A stretch of DNA of 64,000 nt from Octopus vulgaris (taxonomy: Eukaryota), in assembly GCA_951406725.2 (NCBI GenBank), contig OX597821.1:89962001-90026000 (forward strand), given 5' to 3'. Under the pieces are notes generated by a model. That model made no database searches. It saw only the letters and a list, made by a program, of their open reading frames with translations, and was not told the DNA's origin. A program made the translations under genes and the position numbers. Numbering within the stretch: position 1 is the first letter of the stretch; every line of letters starts with the position of its first letter. This document shows, piece after piece, positions 55,519 through 64,000 of the stretch.

Positions 55519-55789
55519 GGCCAGATGTATCACAGCGTCGGCTACGTTATATCTTTGCAGTTTTTCTTCTATCTCTCTACATACAGATTTCAAATCTTAC
55601 CGCCAACTTTATTTTCATTATTTTGGGCTCTATAAAATAAAGTACAGTACCAATGTACAGCTGTTGAGTAACAGACAAATAGCCGACAACCAAAATTGCT
55701 GATCTTGTTCCTATGTCACCAACATTATTAATTCTCTTTCACTGACTCTATTCGTACATGCTTGCATGCATCCATCTGCTTGGAGTTCT

Positions 55790-56200
55790 AGGAAACTTCA
55801 ACATCAATGGAGATGTGAACTGCCGCTACGTCTCTCACAACGCCGGTGGCCTTGGTCTCAAAACTGCATTGATGTTATATAAGCACGCTTTGTGATACTG
55901 AAACTACATTAGGTGCAGAGGAAAGTGACCAGTAACTCTCTTGCCGAAGTTTGTAACCATGAAATCAACTTCATAATTAGAATAGCAAATGAACTTGAGG
56001 AGAAGTATGAAATAAGAGGATTGGTAAAATCTATTTATGAGAACAAAATCTTTCAACAATGGACTATTTACCTGAGAAGATAGTATACAGGTACTTGAGA
56101 CGAATACCATAAACTACAGAAGGAACTAAATATGGTTTGTACCAACAAGTTTATGAAATCCCACTTCGAAGCCTACTCCTATGCAATTGAAGAACAAGAG
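55790..56200 (+). mobile_element. Decayed LINE fragment (R4/Dong-like)
   Basis: FNINGDVN..YVSHNAGGLGLKT resembles RLY.PR..GGRGL. Boundaries approximate. Confidence 0.5.
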
Positions 56201-56220
56201 ATACCCACCAAGTGGGGGAA

Positions 56221-56599
56221 GCACTCCGTCGGTTACGACGATAAGGGTTCCGGTTGATCCGACCAACGGAACAGTCTGCTCGTGAAATTAACGTGTAAGT
56301 GGCTGAGCACTCCACAGACACGTGTACCCTTAACGTAGTTCTCGGGGATATTCAGCGTGACACAGAGAGTGACAAGGCCGGCCCTTTGAAATACAGGTAC
56401 AACAGAAACCGGAAGAAAGAGTGAGAGAAAGTTGTGGTGAAAGAGTACAGCAGGGATCACCACCATCCCCTGCCGGAGCCTCGTGGAGCTTTAGGTGTTT
56501 TCGCTCAATAAACACTCACAACGCCCGGTCTGGGAATCGAAACCGCGATCCTACGACCGCGAGTCCGCTGCCCTAACCACTGGGCCATTGCGCCTCCAC
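56221..56599 (-). mobile_element. tRNA-derived SINE, family C, full length
   Basis: Minus head GTGGAGGCGCAATGGCCCAGTGGTTAGGGCAGCGG..GGTTTCGATTCCC has A and B boxes. Body shared with 39405-39687. Confidence 0.88.
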
Positions 56600-56701
56600 T
56601 AAGTATCAACAGCATAAAATGGTAGAAAATATATTCTGAGGCGGCAACGATTCGGCCAGCTCACCGCCTTATAATTCTCTTAATATTAACATAGATATTA
56701 A

Positions 56702-56897
56702 GGCGGTGAGGTTGCAAAATCATTATTACGCAAAGCAAAAGGCTTAGCGCCATTTCGCCCGCCTTAACGTACTCGGTTCAAATTCGACCGATGCGGACTT
56801 TGTCTTTCACACTTTGTCAACCTCTGCTGAGCTTTGGGGGTCGATGTAATCGACTTACCCTCCCACCAAAATTTGCTGGATTGTTCCAAAATCTGAA
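56702..56897 (+). mobile_element. SINE family B, diverged
   Basis: GGCGGTGAG head, GTTCAAATTC B box and GGGGTCGATGTAATCGACTTA. Confidence 0.7.
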
Positions 56898-57231
56898 ATA
56901 AAAATTAACATAAATAGTAGAGTAATTCACGTTATGCTAAAAATTAACATAATTTATGCTAAAAATTAACATAATTTATGTTAGAAATTAACATAAATAG
57001 TAGGATAATTCACGTCGGACTTTCCAGTGAAATTGTATGTCAGTTGTTTTCTTTTGTATTTCTTTACGCAAGAAAAGGTCTTAAGATGTCTAGAGGAGAC
57101 ACAAATGGGTGTTGTGGTGTTTGTTCCGTTTCCAAACAGTATAATTATTGAAAAGTACTGAAAATGTTATACATTTTTCTCCGTATTACTTGTATTAGAT
57201 ATACAAAAATATATCATACATTGTTAATATA

Positions 57232-57641
57232 AGCGCAGGAGTGGCTGTGTGGTAAGTAGCCTGCTAACCAACCACATGGTTCCGGGTTCAGTCCCACTGC
57301 GTGGCATCTTGGGCAAGTGTCTTCTGCTATAGCCCCGGGCCGACCAATGCCTTGTGAGTGGATTTGGTAGACGGAAACTGAAAGAAGCCTGTCGTATATA
57401 TGTATATATATATGCGTGTGTGTGTATACGTTTGTGTTTGTCCCCCTAGCATTGCTTGACAAGCGATGCTGGTGTGTTTACGTCCCCGTCACTTAGCGGT
57501 TCGGCAAAAGAGACCGATAGAATAAGTACTGGGCTTACAAAAGAATAAGTCCCGGGGTCGATTTGCTCGACTAAAGGCGGTGCTCCAGCATGGCCGCAGT
57601 CAAATGACTGAAACAAGTAAAAGAGTAAAAGAGTAAGAGTA
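57232..57641 (+). mobile_element. SINE family A, full length
   Basis: Match to 168-564 with a (GAGTAAAA)n tail. Confidence 0.93.
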
Positions 57642-58031
57642 TACATGTTGGTTGCTTAGGTAGGTTCAAAATGTCACCTTTCTTTATCTGGATTTACTAA
57701 TCTTCGCACTCTATATACAAATATTATCAAGCCGCATATTATGAAATATCATCTAATTATTTACTTCCTCTAATTTTATTTCTTATCATTACTTCTTTTG
57801 TAAATCCCCCTCGCTCATGTTATTTGCATTCCTTCTTATTTTGAGTTAGCAGTTAAAAGGTTCTACGGGCGTTGAGTACGTCATAGGATACGATGTGTTC
57901 CATTATATGTATATAACCGATATTATGAATATACGCACTTATACATATACATATTTACACAAACATATATATCTTTATCTATACACACATACTGCACATA
58001 TATATATTTACGCATATATACATACATACCT

Positions 58032-58107
<76 letters not shown>

Positions 58108-58131
58108 ATTTATGTATATATATATGTGTGT

Positions 58132-58733
58132 ATACAAGTAATAAGGGAGAGACCAAATGTGGTCACTCTAACGCTAGAAATAGATCTGCAAAGGGAATCC
58201 ACCACTAAAGAATTGTTCTCAAGCATTAATTCAACACGCCAAGAATTTAATCGGGCAGGACAAATGAAAAATAACGAAAATATAGATTAACTCCATACAA
58301 TTGTTTCATCGTTAATAGATTGAGTAATTTTACTTACTTAATCATTTTCGAATCCTCAGTAGAGTATATCAAAAATATAATTTGCTGAACCGAACGCCAA
58401 AATCCATACGAAGCCGAGCAAAGGCGAACGGCACAGCCAATTACATTTGCAGTTACGTTCAAATATCCTCACTCCTGGTGCGTTGAAAATACCGGATGTA
58501 AATACTACCCCAGTAATTTACTGCCGGTTTGAGAACATATTAATTTATAATTAAAATCATGATAAGGGTGAAAAAAATTGAATATTAATTAATAACATCA
58601 ATTTAAAAACACCAAGTGGCCTAGCGAAAAAAAACTGGGATACAGTAAAAATTATTGATACAAGTAATAAGAGAGAGACCACATGTGGTCACTCTAACGC
58701 TAGAAATAGATCCGCAAAGGGAATCCACCACTA
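58132..58733 (-). mobile_element. Terminally redundant 526-bp unit (76-bp direct repeats) containing a hammerhead; retrozyme- or pLTR-like
   Basis: 58132-58207 is repeated at 58658-58733 with about 3 differences. Both flanks are TA-rich microsatellite. No credible ORF. Confidence 0.75.
58290..58365 (-). ncRNA. Type I hammerhead ribozyme motif (family H4)
   Basis: Minus strand reads ACTCTA-CTGAGGA-TTCG..GATTAAGTAA(GTAAAA)TTACTCAATC..CGAT-GAAA-CAATTG-TA-TGGAGT. Palindromic stem III ACAATTGT, GUA triplet, U-U at 10.1:11.1. Confidence 0.78.
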
Positions 58734-58772
58734 TATATATAAATATATATACATACATATACAAATATATAT

Positions 58773-58819
<47 letters not shown>

Positions 58820-58865
58820 TAAATATACACATACATATATATTTTTATATATACATATAGTTATG

Positions 58866-58930
<65 letters not shown>

Positions 58931-59034
58931 TTATGCCAACATTCAGTTAAGGACGTGTATGAATGAACTGGAATATATGTCTGCTTGTGTGTGTGCGTGC
59001 ATGCGTCCGTGCACGGAGTAAAGGAGATAGTATA

Positions 59035-59419
59035 TCTCTCTATATATAAACGGCAGTTTGTCTGTGCGTGTTTCTGTGTGTCTGTTTGCTTGTACCCTCA
59101 CCCTGACCACGGCTTTCAACCGATTCTGATGAAACTTGACACACACATAGCCCAATGTCATAATTCAAAACTAACGCAGCGAAAATTTTGAAAAGTTCCC
59201 CCAGTTCTGAAAAAAATCGATAAATTCGACATGGGGTCGAGAATCAGAAACACAAACCGCAGACCGTCTAGGGGACGCAACTCCACCTTTTTTAATCCTC
59301 AAAAAAAATTTACCATCATTTTTTTTCCATTTTTTTTCTATTTTTTGGCTATAACTCTCTAAAAATGCTTTATAGTTATTTCCCTTACAAACCTGAGCAA
59401 CGCCGGGCGATACTGCTAG
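59035..59419 (+). mobile_element. Non-autonomous Helitron
   Basis: 5' TCTCTCTATATATAAA start, 3' subterminal hairpin CCTGAGCAACGCCGGG then CTAG end, inserted between A and T with no TSD. Confidence 0.82.
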
Positions 59420-59921
59420 TATTAAATATAAATCCCGCAACATCATCAATTTCAATGATACTCCTTGTCGGTAGCATGGTCACGCTAAAAATGTCACGCT
59501 AATTTATACGGAATTAATCAACATGATACATCGGTAATTAATTGATAGATAAACGAACGGCATTATTGTTATTGATAACATATTTATTGCAAATTTACAT
59601 ATGAGAGAGAAATGTTTTATTTAATTTTATTTCATTTTAAGATATATTTTTGTTTCCAAGAGTAACATGCATCTCATTATTTTATAGAAACATCGAAAGA
59701 TATTAGAGAAATAACGCAATTGTTATCGAAGTTACATCACTTGATGTTAACCACACAGGTAAAAAATTATTCCCCAAATTACCTGTCACATGACGTGTAC
59801 ACACTTAAGTAAGTTACTTAAGTGTGTGAGCGTGCGTGTTAAGGTTATTACTTCAAAGCAATTGTAATAACAATATCATAACATTAAAGTATAGCATTTC
59901 TCTCTCCCTCTTTCTCTCATT

Positions 59922-60229
<308 letters not shown>

Positions 60230-60495
60230 GTGTGAGTGTGTGTGTGTCTGTGTCTCTGTATAGTATACGTAGGTATAGCTGATATGATCAAAAGAAAACT
60301 CATTTACGAAGAGCGGGAGTTGGTTATTGTTATTGCAGCTGGCACCTTATAGCAAATTATTCGAGTTGCACGTTACCAGTTATCAAACACACACACACAC
60401 CTTTCTTTCTCTATGTACGCATGTATGTATTTATGTATGTATGTCGGTAGGTAAGTAGGTGGGTAGGCAGGCAGGCATCAAATTAGAAGTTAGGC

Positions 60496-60560
<65 letters not shown>

Positions 60561-60873
60561 TGTATATATATGTTAAGCTACAGCAGAAAATACATTGAAA
60601 TGTTTCAGTATTGAACCTACTTATTCATAAAATATTGAGCTGAAAGCTGAAACAGATGTTATACTTCTCCTTTGCTACAGGTGTATAACTTAAACCAGTA
60701 AATTGCCAAATATTTCGATCGCTGAAGGGCGTGTGTTGGGCATGGACACTATACAATCTGATTTAAACATACGCATCGATATATATTCAAATAAACTAAA
60801 TATGAGAATTTTCAATTTATTAACTAACTTGAAAGACATGAGTCCTGTTCGCACCAAAGCAACTGTTCTCGTA

Positions 60874-61850
60874 TAACGAGGATGCTATGAAAAGTTCACA
60901 GGGTGACTAAAATACTTTCACGGTATGTGACCAAATGAGGTATGTTTTTGAGCATAGGCCCCTTGAAGTCTACACATATCTTCCACCGGTGTTGCAGTGT
61001 TTGTATTTCATTGGTCAAAAAAGCATCAACAGCAGAAATGACGTCATCATCACTGTGATACTGGTTCCCAGCGAAGTGTGTTTTCATATTAGGGAACATG
61101 ATGATTACATGGGGCCAAATCAGGAAAATAGTGGGTGGGGATGATGAATCAGTTCAAAGACACAGTAGCGCACAGCTGCCATTGAAAGCAAGTATTTGTG
61201 TTGGATTATTTCCCTGAAGAAACAAGGCCCCTTTCCTCAGTTTTCCTGGGATTTTGGTATTGATTACCTTTCGTAACTTCTTCAGCAAGATGGCACAGTA
61301 CTCGCTATTGATAGAGCGGCGCTTTCGAAGACATTCAATTGACACATTGCCTTTTGTACCCTAAGGCTATCACCCCAAGTGCAGATGAAACGACATTGTT
61401 CTTCTTTGGAGTTGGAGAGAAGGTAGTTTTACTGCGTGGACTATTTCTTTGTCTCTGCTCCAAAGGGAGGAAGCCAACGCTCATCCTGGCTTAAGAAACG
61501 TTTAGGGAAGTCAGCTTGATCTGTCTCAAATAATGTTAGATTTTCCTGTGATGTGATCAGCATGCTGCACTTTTGATTAGGTGTCAGAAGACGTGACACC
61601 CACATAGCAGAAACCTTCATCATGCCAAGTTCATTGTGCAGAATATTCTCAACTCACTCTTGAGATATGCTAATAGCAATGTCTATTTGATATATAGTCA
61701 ATTGTCTGTCATCTATCACTAAGTGGTGAACACTATCAATGTTTTTCTCGTCGGTGGACCTCGGGTCATCATCAAGACCCTATCTTCCCCTCGTAAGCTC
61801 AACGTTTGCATTGTTGATACATCTGGAGCGTCATTTCCGAATATAGCATG
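60874..61850 (-). mobile_element. Decayed mariner transposon
   Basis: Fragments MMKVSAMWVSRLLTPNQK (cf. WVPRLLT), QDERWL, INSEYCAILLKKLRKVI and FPNMKTHFAGNQYHSDDDVISAV. TIR-like CGAGGATGCTATGAAAAGTTC at the left end. Confidence 0.88.
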
Positions 61851-61949
61851 AATTCCTATACATATGTGTGTACGTGTGTGCATGCCTCTGTGTGTGTGTG
61901 TGTGTGTGCATGCGCGCGCTAGTGTATATGTGTGTATGTATATATGTAT

Positions 61950-62016
<67 letters not shown>

Positions 62017-62093
62017 TGCAGCGTGGAAGGTGTTTATAAGCCATTTAAGAAACACACAAAAGCCGTTCGATTCACTTCAACATTTAAGTTTAA

Positions 62094-62143
62094 TTTGTCA
62101 AAATATTTTCGTCGCTAAAATCCGCGACCTGTTCACTGACAAA
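62094..62143 (-). ncRNA. Variant type I hammerhead motif with G3:C8 core (family H5)
   Basis: Minus strand reads TTTGTCA-GTGAACA-G-GTCGC(GGATTTTA)GCGAC-GAAA-ATAT-TT-TGACAAA. 7-bp stem I, 5-bp stem II, palindromic stem III AATATT. Confidence 0.68.
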
Positions 62144-62165
62144 AATCCGTGCTGCACAATTGATT

Positions 62166-62215
62166 TTTGCCAGTGAACAGGTCGCGGATTTTAGCGACGA
62201 AAATATTTTGACAAA
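62166..62215 (+). ncRNA. Variant type I hammerhead motif with G3:C8 core (family H5), one stem I mismatch
   Basis: TTTGCCA-GTGAACA-G-GTCGC(GGATTTTA)GCGAC-GAAA-ATAT-TT-TGACAAA. Confidence 0.62.
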
Positions 62216-62350
62216 TTAAACTTAAATGTTGAAGTGAATCGAACGGCTTTTGTGTGTTTCTTAAATGGCTTATAAACACCTTCCACGCTGCAATTGTTTT
62301 CGTTTCAGCACACGATCTCAGATCAAATTACTTGTTATGCTCGTACATCT

Positions 62351-62402
<52 letters not shown>

Positions 62403-62407
<5 letters not shown>

Positions 62408-62492
62408 GAAGTCGATTTTTTCGACTAAAGGTGGTGCTCTAGCATGGCCGCAATCAAATAACTGAAACAAGTAAAAGAATAAAAGAATAAGT
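62403..62492 (+). mobile_element. SINE family A 3' tail fragment
   Basis: GACTAAAGGTGGTGCTCTAGCATGGCCGCAATCAAATAACTGAAACAAGTAAAAGAATAAAAG. Confidence 0.85.
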
Positions 62493-62670
62493 ATGTTGAA
62501 TCAAGGAAGGAAAATAGAGCTCAAAGTAGAAGTAGCAATCATTCAAGTTGCAAGAGATTCGTGCATTGGCACTTATCAAAATGGTATATATATATATAAA
62601 TTTGCATATATACGTATATATCCACATATATATTTATACATATACATAGACATACACTCATACGCATATT

Positions 62671-62701
<31 letters not shown>

Positions 62702-63083
62702 GTACATACATATATATACATAGCTGGACTCACAGGAAAAAAGAGGAAATTGTCCCGCCTCCTTAGTAAATATTGGGGCCCTTCCTCTTCTCAGCAAGTT
62801 TGAATGTAGAGAGCCTCCTGTATCTACTTGATAAAAAATCTATCTAAAAAGATTTTTTTTAAAGATTTTCTGTTCACCTTAGCCACACCAATTACTCAGC
62901 CTTAAGGTAACAACTACGCAACTGTCCAGAAACAGGCGTAAATCCTTCGGGAACAAAATACGCAGTTGATGTAGGAAGAGTAAGTACGGGAAACAAAAGT
63001 AACAGAAACGAATGTTTTCTGAAAACTATTCTGTACTTCTATACATTTATACATATAAATGCATAAAGATAGATAGATAGATA

Positions 63084-63440
63084 TGTTTCTTTATTAGCCA
63101 CACAGAGCTGCACACAGACAGGACAAAATTACAAGGTAGAGCTTTTCTTTTGGGGGTAAAAGAAGGGGGTTTGGTTTTCGATCAAAAGGGATCGTAAATG
63201 GAAAGAAAGCGGACAAAAAAAAAGGAGTGATAAAATAAAATAAAAAAAAGGGGGAAGTGAGGAAAAAAAAGGGGAGGTGAGGGAAAAAAGGGAAAGGAAA
63301 AAATTGATCAATAGAGATCGTTATCACAGAAATGTCAATATGAAGTGTAAAGGGGAGGACAGGTGAAGTTTACCCGTGGAAAGAAAAGCCTACGGAAAAG
63401 ACCACGGTAACCTCGGTCAAGGAAGTCACATGTTATATTT
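63084..63440 (-). mobile_element. Probable 3' UTR fragment of a non-LTR retrotransposon inserted next to (TATC)n
   Basis: Minus strand is pyrimidine-rich and ends TGTGGCTAATAAAGAAACA followed by (TATC)n. The last 44 nt resemble the SINE B tail. No ORF is available to assign a clade. Confidence 0.5.
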
Positions 63441-64000
63441 CTTTTTTCTTTGCAAATAAGCAACTCTCTGTATTAATTTAGATAGATAGATTGATAGATA
63501 TATAGATAGGTTGGTAGGTAGGTAGATAGGTAGATAGGAAGGTAGGCAGATAGGTATGTATGAATGTATGTATGTAGGTAGGTATGCATGTATGTAGGTA
63601 GGTATGGAGAAGTTGTTTCACCTTACGACTCAACAATTTCATGTTGCATTTGATATTAAAACACACACACACGTGCACCTACTAACACAAACAGAAATGC
63701 ATTCACATATATTGCCCTCCTAAAGTTCATTATTCTGTTGAGCATGGAGGTGTTTTGGTATATTGATCATACTTAGGGGAAAAAAGGTGAAACTATTTCG
63801 CTTTCAGAATTTTAATTTTCAATTTACTGCTTTAATCCTAAAAGTATATTTTTTCGTGTAAAATTACTGCAAAGATAAAAACACTTTTCCTTTCTTTCAA
63901 CTTAGGAAAACTGACTTGTTCAAATTTATGTTTTTCATTAAACCTAATATTTTGCTATAATTTTTTATTCCTATATTGTTTTTGTCATCGTCAACTTATC

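Larger units (their letters stand above)
62012..62297. repeat. Near-perfect fold-back palindrome (136-bp arms, 14-nt spacer) carrying two variant hammerheads
   Basis: 62012-62147 is the reverse complement of 62162-62297 with 1 mismatch. The element continues to 62353 and both ends abut (TA)n. Confidence 0.96.

Noticed and set aside
56530-56594. tRNA gene on the minus strand
   Set aside because: It is the tRNA-derived head of SINE family C; there is no proper acceptor stem and it continues into the SINE body.
56900-57015. Short ~21-bp AAAATTAACATAA tandem repeats
   Set aside because: Simple local slippage duplication with no further structure.

Overview
AT-rich, repeat-saturated animal non-coding DNA. 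The SINE types and the extreme (TA)n/(CA)n/(TATC)n/(CATA)n load suggest a cephalopod such as Octopus (inference). No host protein-coding gene is supportable: most listed ORFs are microsatellite or SINE translations, and the recognisable protein fragments are decayed transposon proteins (CR1/L2-group, R4/Dong-like and RTE-like LINEs; mariner and maT transposases). The window holds three tRNA-derived SINE families, hAT and mariner MITEs, a non-autonomous Helitron and a tRNA-Leu(AAG) pseudogene. The main signal is a dense set of type I hammerhead ribozyme (HHR) motifs folded by eye: 8 essentially complete copies from 5 sequence-unrelated families, plus 3 decayed or partial ones. Most sit in short non-coding elements bounded by (TA)n arrays, as long fold-back palindromes, a direct-repeat pair, or a terminally redundant 526-bp unit. 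This resembles Penelope-like pLTRs or retrozymes. One family has a compensatory G3:C8 swapped catalytic core (GUGAACA). Two SINE families share their 3' tails with LINE-like fragments in the same window. All structures were assigned manually and need computational and biochemical confirmation.
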